Positions 52,448 to 63,785 are shown, counted from the first letter of the whole stretch. The stretch: 63,810 nt of DNA, filler included, from Octopus bimaculoides (GCF_001194135.2; 11 parts of 10 records of this genome joined end to end with filler, not necessarily neighbours in it), one strand, 5' to 3'. Translations and numbers: made by a program. Notes: a model not told the origin generated them from the sequence alone.

Positions 52448-53095
52448 GATGTACAAGGCCAGCACTTGTTTACAGGGAAAGTGGTTAGGCGATTACATCG
52501 ATCGCAGTACTTGACTGGTACTTTACTCAATCGACCCGAAGAGGATTAAAGGCAGGATTTATACTCAGAGCATTAAAAGCCGGATCAGATATTAGCTTCA
52601 AACATTGGCGCGAAGCCAGGAAGTTCGGTGGAAGAGTATAAGTCGACTACATCAACTCAAATGTTCAATCGGTTCTTATTTTATCGACCTCAAAATGAAG
52701 GACAAAGCTGACCTCAGCGGAATTTCAACTCAGAACGTAAAGACGGACGAAATGCCGCTAATCATTTCGTCCGGCGTGCTAACGATTCTACCAGTTCGCC
52801 GCCTTCAGAGCTGGAAGAAATATTACAATTACAAAATATTTTGTGTTCGATGTCCTAACGATTGTCTCAAGACACAGCTCTCATAATTGTTTCATATTTA
52901 GAGTAACACATTTAATTTTTGGTGGGTTGGAGTTCAGTTGACTACATGAAAGTCAATACTTAAATGATACTTTATTTTATCGACCCCAGAGAGATAAAAA
53001 GCAAAGTTGACCTCGGCAAGACTCGAACGTAACGTAGAGAGCCAAAACCAAACACAGCAAAACGATTTTTAACAATTCTTCTGTAACGATTCTTC
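52448..53095 (-). mobile_element. Cluster of three SINE family A copies (about 52448-52600, 52600-52806, 52920-53095)
   Basis: Repeated ttatcgacc...aaag..gacctc.gc.gaattt.aactcagaacgtaa..gacg.acgaaat blocks. The middle copy has an intact head ending ...accagttcgccgcctt. Confidence 0.8.
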
Positions 53096-53525
53096 TCACG
53101 AAGCTCCAATAATAAATATAAAAACGACTTCATTGGCCTCAAGGCCCTTTAAAGGTTTAATGAAATATAATACACGTTAATCAAACGGGTAACAGAGGAA
53201 AGATGTTGGAGCAATAGTTTATATCAAAACGATGGAACGAGTGATATATGTTATACAGCAAATGGGGTGGGAACAAGTTTTTAAATTTATGGAAAAGTAT
53301 AATACAAACAATTACGCATAATTAAAGAGTTTAATGAAACAATAACTGGGACAAGATAAATATAAGATTTAAATGTTCACTTGCATTCCTCAGGGCATCG
53401 CACGTCTTCCATTGTGTGCATGTTTTTCGTCGCTATCAAGGCGGACTTTCTAGAGAGAAGTATTATTGATGGGGTCGCAAATGGTGACGAAAGGACTCTA
53501 ATAATCAACCGATTAATTGTTTAGC

Positions 53526-53574
53526 TGTGGAGGCGCAATGGCCCAGTGGTTAGGGCAGCCGACTCGCGGTCATA
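53526..53574 (+). mobile_element. tRNA-like SINE head truncated by a gap
   Basis: tgtggaggcgcaaTGGCCCAGTGGttagggcagccgactc carries a Pol III A-box. The rest is in Ns. Confidence 0.6.
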
Positions 53575-53674
53575 NNNNNNNNNNNNNNNNNNNNNNNNNN
53601 NNNNNNNNNNNNNNNNNNTTAATTAATTAANNNNNNNNNNNNNNNNNNNNNNNNNNNNNNNNNNNNNNNNNNNN

Positions 53675-54072
53675 TGAATGGCATCGACCTTTGAAGGAAG
53701 AGGTCTGATTCCACTGGAATCAATAAAATGTCCGAGAAACTCCAGAGAAGATTGCCCGAAAATACATTTATTCGGATTGACTTTCACGTTGTATGAACGG
53801 AGTCTCTGGAAAAGCAGTGATAAATGATGGGGATGATTTTCTTCCGTATCGCTAGCGATGACTATGTCATCAACATAAGCAAAAACAAAATCAAGTCCAC
53901 GGACGACCTCATCTATGAATCTTTGAAAGGTGCTGGTAGCATTTCGCAAACCGAAACTCATGAACAGGAATTCAAAACAGCCGAAAGGAGTGGTGATGGC
54001 TGTCTTAGGAACGTCCTCTGGATTGACCGGTATCTGATGATAGGCCCGTACCAGATCAGTCTTAGAGAAAAT
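53675..54072 (-). mobile_element. Ty3/gypsy reverse transcriptase fragment
   Basis: [74 protein letters not shown]...[13 protein letters not shown], with the YVDD motif intact. Confidence 0.93.
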
Positions 54073-54459
54073 GGTCTGTTGCTTCCCCGATTTCGAGAAA
54101 TGCTGCGATTACGGGAGCTTCTCCGAGACTTCGAGCGAGAGCGGCAGAGGTTGTCTACGCGACGTGTGAGATTATCGATCATGCGAAACATCTCATCGTT
54201 GGACACAAAAGAGGACTGCCGTGGAGCATCTGTGGAGGACTCAGCACCCTGCCAAACAGCGCGAGAAGGGTTTCCCGAGTATTCGAGAACTCTATCGGCC
54301 ATTGTGGCCACTTGGTCCACAGTGTTTGACTCAAATGCCGTCGCTAGAACAGTTTTAACGTGCGTCGGCAGACGAGAAAAAAATATCTTGCGGAGAAGTG
54401 GGGCATCTGTTGATTCTCCGCTTAATTAAATGTGTTAGAAATTCCGTGGGAGTTCTGTC
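54073..54459 (-). mobile_element. Ty3/gypsy gag C-terminal fragment
   Basis: LSGESTDAPLLRKIFFSRLPTHVKTVL..DQVATMADRV...[24 protein letters not shown], which resembles gag with its RS-rich pre-knuckle segment. Confidence 0.75.
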
Positions 54460-55454
54460 NNNNNNNNNNNNNNNNNNNNNNNNNNNNNNNNNNNNNNNNN
54501 NNNNNNNNNNNNNNNNNNNNNNNNNNNNNNNNNNNNNNNNNNNNNNNNNNNNNNNNNNNNNNNNNNNNNNNNNNNNNNNNNNNNNNNNNNNNNNNNNNNN
54601 NNNNNNNNNNNNNNNNNNNNNNNNNNNNNNNNNNNNNNNNNNNNNNNNNNNNNNNNNNNNNNNNNNNNNNNNNNNNNNNNNNNNNNNNNNNNNNNNNNNN
54701 NNNNNNNNNNNNNNNNNNNNNNNNNNNNNNNNNNNNNNNNNNNNNNNNNNNNNNNNNNNNNNNNNNNNNNNNNNNNNNNNNNNNNNNNNNNNNNNNNNNN
54801 NNNNNNNNNNNNNNNNNNNNNNNNNNNNNNNNNNNNNNNNNNNNNNNNNNNNNNNNNNNNNNNNNNNNNNNNNNNNNNNNNNNNNNNNNNNNNNNNNNNN
54901 NNNNNNNNNNNNNNNNNNNNNNNNNNNNNNNNNNNNNNNNNNNNNNNNNNNNNNNNNNNNNNNNNNNNNNNNNNNNNNNNNNNNNNNNNNNNNNNNNNNN
55001 NNNNNNNNNNNNNNNNNNNNNNNNNNNNNNNNNGTGCACAAAACAAAAAGGAGAAAAAAAGAAAAGAAAATTCGTAAAAAAAACAATTGTGGTTGCCTTT
55101 TTTTTCTTTTTAGTGTATATGTGTGTTGCTTTGTGTACTGGATGCAGGAAAAAATTATCACCGACCTTTGTCGCGCTGAAAGGGAAATATAGCACAATAA
55201 AAGGGCAGAAAATTAAATGTGTGCGAGTTATTAAAGCTGTCCTGCTAGACAGAGTCCGAAGCAACGTCTATGGTGAAATATAGCGATTAAGATTAACCAC
55301 GAAAAACGCACGTCTAGTCGGGCGGAAAATCACTGATCAGTTGTTAGCCTTGTCTCGCTGTCCAAGGCTACTGTGAAAAACATGTGTGACAGGCGACGGC
55401 TTGTGTAGTATCGATTTGTAGCTCAGAGTTTTTCGGTCTGCATTTGTTCTTTAT

Positions 55455-55466
55455 TCGGGGTCACCA
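55455..55466 (-). promoter_or_regulatory. Primer binding site complementary to tRNA-Trp
   Basis: The minus strand TGGTGACCCCGA begins 2 nt inside the LTR end. The plus strand TCGGGGTCACCA equals the last 12 nt of eukaryotic tRNA-Trp as recalled. Confidence 0.8.
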
Positions 55467-55468
55467 AT

Positions 55469-55878
55469 TGTAGGAAAGTGGTCATACACCATTAGGTGTA
55501 CTCCGCTTCCGTACATTAAACTTATTGAAGAAGACAACGGAACGCAGATTCTGAACAACACAACAATACTTATTTACAGGGGAATTCGGCTCACACTTGG
55601 AGGGAATTCGGTAGCTCGTCGCCTTCGGTTACTGAGACACCGTCAATGAAGTTCGTGGTTATTTGTGTAGCTCTGGTGCTGGGTTGTGAGAGAGCTCTGT
55701 TAGACGTCTAGGCTCTATGGAGATCAGCGAAGAAAGAGAGAAAAAGAAGCGCGAAAGCTTGGATGTCGATGACTACGCATGCGCATGAGACTCTTCCTGT
55801 ATTCCTTCTGGAACTAGTCCCTGCGCATGCGTGGATAAACTTTCCGGAAATGTCGTCTGCTATTAAGGCGTCACTACA
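55469..55878 (-). mobile_element. 5' LTR (410 nt) of the Ty3/gypsy element
   Basis: TGTAG...CTACA inverted termini, an adjacent PBS, and the correct orientation upstream of gag and RT. Confidence 0.8.
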
Positions 55879-56439
55879 CTCTTTTCGCACACAAAAGCTG
55901 CACTAACTCTACAAACAGTAACCTCTTTTAATATGCTATGCCAATGTTATCATTTTCAACAGCACAAAGGCACAATGGCCGCATAAATCAAGAATGTACA
56001 ATTGTATTCCAGTCCTCACTAAGCATGAATATCATGCAGCTAGGAGTTTAATGCTTACTACAAATTCTAGACCTCACCACCATTGAACATATCTGGTGAA
56101 CGCTCATACTCAACAAATTAGTGACTCCTTCACAAAGCTTGGCTTACTTTGTTAGGGCCATCAAATACTTCCCTCTATATATAAGAGTCTGTAAACTGTT
56201 TGATAGTAATCATAGAGACTTTAGTCTCTCTCTATCACCTTTCAACAGCATTATATATGAAGATAGATTAGAACAATTTTTCAACATAATAAAAATAAGT
56301 TTTATTTTTCTGATGATGCTTGGTTTCACAATTCCTGTCATTCAGCTTAGCAGCCGCTGATTAAGTTGTAATTTGGTATTGGAAGGTTAAGGGCTTCCTT
56401 GATGCCTGCCAGAGAAGCAAGTAGCTATCACCATCGAAG

Positions 56440-56644
56440 GCATCGAGGTGAAGAGTGCTTCGTTGAGGAGCGAGGAGTTGTCACGTAGAAGGTCTGTCGC
56501 TCAACTGTCTGAGAAAATGAAACTCACTCTTTAAGTACCAGTTTTACTACGCATACGCACTCGAGGGGCTTCCGGTGGTGAAGTCCCCTGCGCATGCGCA
56601 GAATAGTACTTCCTCAATGGCGGCTATAATTTCGCGCCACTACA
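56440..56644 (-). mobile_element. Diverged LTR fragment related to 55469-55878
   Basis: Shares actacgcat.cgca, agtccc(c)tgcgcatgcg and gctat...cg.cactaca with the terminal 110 nt of the intact LTR. The left boundary is uncertain. Confidence 0.55.
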
Positions 56645-57094
56645 AGTCCAATAATTGCAAACCCTTAGCAAAGCTCAGGCGGGATCCATAATGGGGTTCA
56701 ATTCTCACATCTGAGACAACGTTGCTACTCTACACACAGGCGTTCCAGACTGATTGGCATAATGTCATTCATAAACACACTCCAGCTCCTGGCTCACAGA
56801 CGTTCTATCTCCTTTCTTCGTCACATCTATCATTTACTTCTGTGTCCGCTAATTACTTGGTGGTCACATGACCTACTAGAAATAGCAGCCGAATCTGTAA
56901 TATCTGGTTCTTAATCTCTTTAACAGTGGTACAATAGAAATCAAATAAAAATAAGTGGCACGCTTTGTATGGAAAGTCACTCCCTACCACCCAACCAGGA
57001 AAAAGAAAAAAATATTGCTTGAGAGCTAACAGAAAAAAAGAAATCAGTAAACCATTAGCTGGTTTTATAATATGTACTTGTGCCTATTGGTTAA

Positions 57095-57355
57095 AGTGGC
57101 CTAGTGGTTAGAATGTTACATTCACAATCACAAGGTCGTGGTTTCGATTCCCAGACAGGCGGTGCATTGTGTTCTTGAAGAAAACAGTTCATTTCACGCT
57201 GTAAATGGACAGCTGAGTGAATTTGAAACGTGGACCTGCCCGTTCAACTAGCGGGATGGCATTATTCGAAAGCAACAACTATGGCAAGGAAGCGCATTGT
57301 GACCAGCAGCATATAACATCCGATTATCTGGTCGATACAGTGACTTGTGCATAAT
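57095..57355 (+). mobile_element. tRNA-derived SINE with a recognisable head
   Basis: A-box gTGGCCTAGTGG and B-box GGTTTCGATTCCC, followed by ...tgtgttcttga.gaaaaca.ttcatttcac. Confidence 0.7.
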
Positions 57356-57549
57356 AAAATCATGAATAACAAATGACTTGTCACAAGATTTTTTAAAACC
57401 ATCGGTCGCTCTCTAGCAGGTTTGTTGTAGTCGAGCCTGAGGTAGTGGAGAGTCCGGTGTTTTCAGCCTCCTGACCACATCCCTGCTCACCATCTCACCA
57501 GAAATGGCTTTCTGTAAGTGCGAATAAATATTAGACTTTAAAAAATAAG

Positions 57550-57645
57550 TCCTAGAGTCGATTTTTTTCAACTAAAAACCCTTCAAGGCGGTGCCCCAGC
57601 ATAGCCACAGTTAGGTGACTGAAACAAGTAAAAGATGAAAGATAA
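57550..57645 (+). mobile_element. SINE 3' tail (family B)
   Basis: cccttcaaggcggtgccccagcatagccacagttaggtgactgaaacaagtaaaagatgaaaga. Confidence 0.75.
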
Positions 57646-57681
57646 ATCAAAAAAGGATACTTTCGATAATTTGGGTTCAAA

Positions 57682-57884
57682 TTTTGACACAAGGTCAGTA
57701 AATTCGGGTGAAAGGTTAAGTCGATTACGTCAACTCCAGTGCTCAGCTGGTGCTTATTTTATCGACCCCAAAAACGATAAAAGGTGAAGTCGACCTGAGC
57801 AGAATTTGGGCTCATAAAGTAAAGACGGACGAAATGCTGTTGAGCATTTCTCCCGGCGTGCTGACGATTCTACCAGCTGGCCGT
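57682..57884 (-). mobile_element. tRNA-derived SINE (family A)
   Basis: tggtgcttattttatcgacccc...gtcgacctgagcagaattt...gacggacgaaatgc...cggcgtgctgacgattctaccagct. Confidence 0.8.
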
Positions 57885-58184
57885 TACACTTTATACTAAA
57901 TATTAGCAACTGAAGCAGATCCGGTCACCCCTGTTTGATGATTCTCGTCTGGTAATGATATATCTGCAATTTTAACATTGTACATCTATATGAGATGATC
58001 TCTGAAGACGAATATCGCAGTAATACAGGCGTTCTAACAATACATTCACTTTAAGTAGGATATAAAGATTGCTATTCGGTACTTTGGATAATTTAGTCTT
58101 ATATATATATATATCGGCATTCGCCATGATAGATCGCTAGCCACTACACATTCCTTTTTTTCTCTCCGTGTTTCTCTCCTTGTT

Positions 58185-58222
58185 TCTTTCTGTGGAAGAG
58201 CGTAAACTCGAAACGTTAAAGA
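58185..58222 (+). ncRNA. Hammerhead-like motif with a variant core (CUGUGGA), same architecture as 36-70
   Basis: TCTTT-CTGTGGA-A-GAG-CGTAAA-CTC-GAAAC-GTT-AAAGA has a perfect 5-bp stem I, stem II GAG/CTC and the AACGTT palindrome. A6 is replaced by U. Confidence 0.5.
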
Positions 58223-58402
58223 CTTTTTCACTTCCCGAGCGTTATACTAATACATCTATTTGTTTTCTACACCACCTGTCTTCGTCTTTTTTTGTTTTTT
58301 TTNNNNNNNNNNNNNNNNNNNNNNNNNNNNNNNNNNNNNNNNNNNNTTAATTAATTAANNNNNNNNNNNNNNNNNNNNNNNNNNNNNNNNNNNNNNNNNN
58401 NN

Positions 58403-58605
58403 ATATACATGTATATATGAATATACATGTATATATGAATATACGTGTATATCTGAATATACGTGTATATCTGAATATATGTGTATATATGAATATATGT
58501 GTATATATGAATATATGTGTATATATGAATATATATATGTATATATATGAATATATATATGTATATATATGAATATATATATGTATATATATGAATATAT
58601 TTATA
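58403..58605. repeat. AT-rich minisatellite with a unit of about 20 nt (tatatgaatata.gtgta)
   Basis: Directly visible tandem units. Confidence 0.85.
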
Positions 58606-58614
58606 TATGGTACA

Positions 58615-59980
58615 CTCATAAGAAACCTAGGAGGTTAAGTGAAATACTAAATGAGCAATTCAAAAGTGTTTTCACTCCACCCCTAGGGCAGTTTCATGTC
58701 AGCAATCCAAGTGAGTTTTTTTACTACTGCAGATATAAAAACAGAGGCAATGATGATCGATTACATCAATATAAAGGAAGACGATATAATAAGGGCTATA
58801 GATGAAATGAACCCAGACTCAGCTACTGGCCCTGATGGATTCCCAGCAATCTTTCTAAAAGTATGTAAGCGAGTCCTAGTAAGACCACTGCAGTCCCTCT
58901 TTCAGAGCTTCCTTGCATCTGGCAAACTCCCAAGAAAACTGAAGGAGGGTAAAATATGCCCTATTCATAAAGTAGGTAGCAGAGCAGAGGCCAAGAACTA
59001 CAGACCTATGTCTCTGACCTCGCACATCAGCAAGGTCACGGAACGAATAATCAGAAGAAAACTAATCACCTTCCTTGAAGAAAATGACTTGCTGCCTGAC
59101 ACCCAACATGGTTTCCAACCAGGAAGAACCTGCCTGACTCAGCTCTTACAACACTATGACTGGGTGCTGAAACAGCTACTTAACCACTCAAATGTGGAAG
59201 TGATATATCTCGACTTTGCAAAGGCCTTTGATAAAGTCGATAATGGAATGATATGTCACAAACTGTGATCTCGGCATAGTTGGAAAATTGGGAGAATGGC
59301 TTCATGACTTTCTGAAGGATAGGTGATAGTAGCCAATAGTGCCACCTCCAATGACACGCAAATAGTGAGTGGTGTTCTGCAAGTCACTGTTTTGGGACCA
59401 CTAGTGTTCATAATGGCCCTCTCAGACATGCCCTCAGCGACACAGAGGGCCACGATCCCAAGTTATGCAGTTGATAAAAAAGTCTCACAGGTAATACAGA
59501 ACCCTGAAGACACTATGCACCTGCAATGTGAGCTGGATGAAATATACAAGTGGGCTGAAAAGAATAACATGCAGTTTAATACTGAAAAGTTTCAAGCCTT
59601 GTGCTATCAGCATGCAAAACTAAATGCAGTACCCATTAAATACACTGGACCTAGAAGGACTGCAAGCCCAGAGGCACAATCAGTGCGAGACCAGGGCATT
59701 TACATGAGTAATAATGCATCCTTTCATGTGCATGTTGCGAAATTGTCAATCAAATGCAGGCGACTGACCGGATGGATTCTTAGGACTTTTAGAACAAGAG
59801 ATCAGGGAACCATGATGGTCCTCGGAGGACACTTGTCCTAAGCAACTTTGACTATTGCTCTCAGCTATGGTCACCAGCCGGTGTCAAATTAATCTCAGAA
59901 CTTGAGGCAATCCAATGAAGCTACACAAAGAAGATAGCCTCTAGGCAGCATATAAGCTATTGGGAAAGATTCAAGAGATT
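58615..59980 (+). mobile_element. CR1/L2-group LINE internal fragment, same family as 32540-36137
   Basis: ORF 58696-59268 contains ATGPDGFP, NYRPMSLTS, QHGFQPGRTC and YLDFAKAFDKV. ORF 59323-59841 has YAVD instead of YADD. It is collinear with about 34320-35665 and bounded by TA-rich microsatellites. Confidence 0.92.
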
Positions 59981-60337
59981 ATATATATATATATTTAATT
60001 ATTGCGAAATAACGCAATAAATCTAACAACAAGATGGACTCTACTACAATAGTGTACTGTGATTCTCAAATATTCTGAAAAATATACCAATATCAAAAAC
60101 TATATATCATAAAATATCTACAAACGAAAAATATGAATTTTCCAAATTATATGAGGGATTGGATTTACAAATTCTCAAAGGACGGTATATATTTTAATAT
60201 TTTTAATATTCTTAATATTTTTTAATATTTTAATTAANNNNNNNNNNNNNNNNNNNNNNNNNNNNNNNNNNNNNNNNNNNNTTAATTAATTAANNNNNNN
60301 NNNNNNNNNNNNNNNNNNNNNNNNNNNNNNNNNNNNN

Positions 60338-60788
60338 CCCGGAAAAACCATTATTGCTGAAACCTATTGCCATGAAATTGCGAAAATGATCGAAAAACCG
60401 ATACTCCTCCGTCCCAGACTGGTCAACAGAAGAAGGTCAATCATTCTTCATGACAATGTTCAACCACATATTTCACTAATGACGCTCCAGAAGTTGAAAT
60501 AACTTGGCTACGAAGTTCTTCCCGAACCAGCTTATTCACCAGACATTTGTAATACCGACTATCATTTTTTGCAAGCACTTTGATGGTTTTCTGCTGAAAG
60601 TACGTTAAAAGAGTTCATCAGCTTCAGAACCCCATATTTTTATGTTAATGGAATAAACACACTTGTAACTTGTTGGCAAAAATGTGTTCATTGTAATGGT
60701 ACTTTGATGAATAAAATTTCCGCATTGTTGAAATATACTGTGATGAATTTCATGTTTGAAAAGGTTGCTTACTTTTTACTCAGCCTGA

Positions 60789-60789
<1 letters not shown>
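60338..60789 (+). mobile_element. Mariner transposase catalytic-domain relic and 3' TIR
   Basis: IILHDNVQPH...LGYEVLPEPAYSPDICNTDYHF (HDNARPH/YSPDLAP.DY-type) and a terminal ..ttactttttactcagcctgat. Confidence 0.85.
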
Positions 60790-60827
<38 letters not shown>

Positions 60828-62377
60828 NNNNNNNNNNNNNNNNNNNNNNNNNNNNNNNNNNNNNNNNNNNNNNNNNNNNNNNNNNNNNNNNNNNNNNNNN
60901 NNNNNNNNNNNNNNNNNNNNNNNNNNNNNNNNNNNNNNNNNNNNNNNNNNNNNNNNNNNNNNNNNNNNNNNNNNNNNNNNNNNNNNNNNNNNNNNNNNNN
61001 NNNNNNNNNNNNNNNNNNNNNNNNNNNNNNNNNNNNNNNNNNNNNNNNNNNNNNNNNNNNNNNNNNNNNNNNNNNNNNNNNNNNNNNNNNNNNNNNNNNN
61101 NNNNNNNNNNNNNNNNNNNNNNNNNNNNNNNNNNNNNNNNNNNNNNNNNNNNNNNNNNNNNNNNNNNNNNNNNNNNNNNNNNNNNNNNNNNNNNNNNNNN
61201 NNNNNNNNNNNNNNNNNNNNNNNNNNNNNNNNNNNNNNNNNNNNNNNNNNNNNNNNNNNNNNNNNNNNNNNNNNNNNNNNNNNNNNNNNNNNNNNNNNNN
61301 NNNNNNNNNNNNNNNNNNNNNNNNNNNNNNNNNNNNNNNNNNNNNNNNNNNNNNNNNNNNNNNNNNNNNNNNNNNNNNNNNNNNNNNNNNNNNNNNNNNN
61401 NNNNNNNNNNNNNNNNNNNNNNNNNNNNNNNNNNNNNNNNNNNNNNNNNNNNNNNNNNNNNNNNNNNNNNNNNNNNNNNNNNNNNNNNNNNNNNNNNNNN
61501 NNNNNNNNNNNNNNNNNNNNNNNNNNNNNNNNNNNNNNNNNNNNNNNNNNNNNNNNNNNNNNNNNNNNNNNNNNNNNNNNNNNNNNNNNNNNNNNNNNNN
61601 NNNNNNNNNNNNNNNNNNNNNNNNNNNNNNNNNNNNNNNNNNNNNNNNNNNNNNNNNNNNNNNNNNNNNNNNNNNNNNNNNNNNNCATACACTCACATAC
61701 AGCACTCAAAAGTAATCACATATACATATTTAAAGACACACACATACACACACACTTAAGCATACACAAATATATATACATACATACACACACACACACA
61801 TATATAATTCTATACGTAAACCGAAGTGCACAGCCACTATAACGACCACAAAAAACACAAAAAATAACAACAACAACAAAACCGAATCACTACACTTATC
61901 GATATACACTCGGACCATTAATTGATGTATAGTGATATATTTAACGATGGTAGAGACGAGAAGGTGGGGATAATGACTTGCCGATACTTCAAAGCCGAAC
62001 ATTCGTTTTAACAAATAAAACAGTGACACACGATACATATGTTACAACACATTTATGTCTTGCAAGGCGATATGGCAGACATTGTGGTTACTTTACGACA
62101 TACATAAATTTTGTGTAAGAGTTACATTATATCAATTGAAGGCAGGCTCCGAGAAAATAACAGTGTCCGCTTCATATAATGAAGTAGTATTCGATAGATA
62201 TGTGAACCAATAATCTATAACTATATAGAAGTGTATATATGCATATATATGTGTTTGTGTGTGTTTGTGTGTGTGTGNNNNNNNNNNNNNNNNNNNNNNN
62301 NNNNNNNNNNNNNNNNNNNNNTTAATTAATTAANNNNNNNNNNNNNNNNNNNNNNNNNNNNNNNNNNNNNNNNNNNN

Positions 62378-62412
<35 letters not shown>

Positions 62413-62415
<3 letters not shown>

Positions 62416-62455
62416 TGAAGAGGTCACAGATGTGTGACGAAAGATTTCCGGACAA
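62413..62455 (+). ncRNA. Isolated hammerhead core, a 43-nt exact copy of 63744-63786, inside (TA)n
   Basis: CA-CTGAAGA-G-GTCACA-GATG-TGTGAC-GAAAG-AT-TTC-CGGACAA. The 5' strand of stem I is missing. Confidence 0.55.
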
Positions 62456-62963
62456 ATATATATGTGTATATATATATATGTATGTATGTATATCTGTGTA
62501 GAATCCTAGTCAATGTTTATAATATATTAATACACTTCGAATATATTTTAGTTTTACAGTAAAATATTATTATTTGTTGGTATGGTAACTTCAAGAAAAG
62601 CAATTTTGCTATCTGAATTGTGAAGCTTCTTGCTTCAGCTCAGACGGAAATGCATTTATAGATTATGTAGCGTTCTATATAGTAATTAGAGAAGTTAGTA
62701 TACTTCAAGTAATGTCTCCTGTAATATAACTATTTAATATGACACCTATATTATATTTTATATGACCAGCATACAACTAGTAATGTAGAGGAAACCGTAA
62801 TTTTTCGTCCGTAGCCTAATGGATACATGTAATAAAACCGGAGATTTCTTGTGTGTCCAGTTAAATATCCTATGACCATGTGTCGGTATATGTGTATATA
62901 TGTGTTTGTGTGCATCTGTGTGTGTAACACACACACATATGTGTGTATATATANNNNNNNNNN

Positions 62964-63092
62964 TCGCTTGGCAACTGATGTCGGTGTGTTTACGTACCCG
63001 TAACTTAGCAATTCGGCAAAAGAGTTCGACTAAAGGCGGTACTCCAGCATGGCCGCAGTCAAATCACTGAAACAAGTAAAAGAAAAAAGAAT
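62964..63092 (+). mobile_element. SINE 3' half (family B)
   Basis: ...cgactaaaggcggtactccagcatggccgcagtcaaatcactgaaacaagtaaaagaaaaaagaata. Confidence 0.8.
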
Positions 63093-63095
63093 ATA

Positions 63096-63308
63096 CAGTA
63101 ATCTCTCGCCATATCGCGGTCCACCTATCGCAGTTTGCTATTTAAGCTTACGTCGATTCCTCCGTGATGTTGTTTTGCATTTACAATAAAATAAATATAT
63201 ATGAATTATAAAAATAAAAACAAATACAGTACTGTTTCTACTTCACGGATATTCACACATCGCGGTGGGGGAAGGAACGTAGCACCCGCGATAGTCGAGG
63301 GATTGCTG
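63096..63308. mobile_element. pogo/Tigger-like MITE (213 nt) with TA target-site duplication
   Basis: TA|CAGTAATCTCTCGCCATATCGCGG ... CCGCGATAGTCGAGGGATTGCTG|TA, i.e. imperfect TIRs of about 24 nt flanked by TA. Confidence 0.88.
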
Positions 63309-63369
<61 letters not shown>

Positions 63370-63631
63370 GTGTGTGTGTGTGTAAATGTATGTGTGTGTT
63401 GAGTGTGTGTGCGTGCGTGTGTGTGCGTATGTATTTTTTGTATCTTTCTATATATGTATATGTATAAATGCAAGTTTGTAATCTGAATATAAAAGCAGTA
63501 GGTTTCGAAGCAGTTGTCCATAGTTTTTCGGGATGGTCATTTTTTTATCAAATAACCACACGCATTGTATATATATTTTTCTTCACTCGTTTACTACTTT
63601 TGCCGTTTTATTATTTTAATTCATGTCCCAT

Positions 63632-63676
63632 TGTCCGGAAATCTTTCGTCACACATCTGTGACCTCTTCAGCGACA
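63632..63676 (-). ncRNA. Minimal type I hammerhead ribozyme-like motif (best-formed copy)
   Basis: The minus strand reads TGTCG-CTGAAGA-G-GTCACA-GATG-TGTGAC-GAAAG-AT-TTC-CGGACA. It has a 6-bp stem II, stem I TGTCG/CGGACA with one bulge, and a UUC cleavage triplet. Confidence 0.7.
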
Positions 63677-63740
63677 CTTTTTTGTTTCCGTGCGCGTTCT
63701 TGCTCCACTTCCTAACAAGAACATACACGGAAACGAAAAG

Positions 63741-63785
63741 TGACACTGAAGAGGTCACAGATGTGTGACGAAAGATTTCCGGACA
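63741..63785 (+). ncRNA. Hammerhead-like motif with disrupted stem I
   Basis: The core and stem II are identical to the minus-strand copy, but the 5' stem I strand reads TGACA instead of TGTCG. Confidence 0.55.

Noticed and set aside
890-61842. Long ORFs of 200-400 aa made of X, and poly-YI/CV/HT/L/N ORFs
   Set aside because: They are produced by N runs and by di-, tri- and tetranucleotide microsatellites, and carry no coding signal.
1908-62333. Recurrent TTAATTAATTAA 12-mer, ten copies
   Set aside because: It is always centred in an exact 100-nt N block and has stops in six frames, so it is an artificial scaffold linker. Order and distance across these gaps are uncertain.
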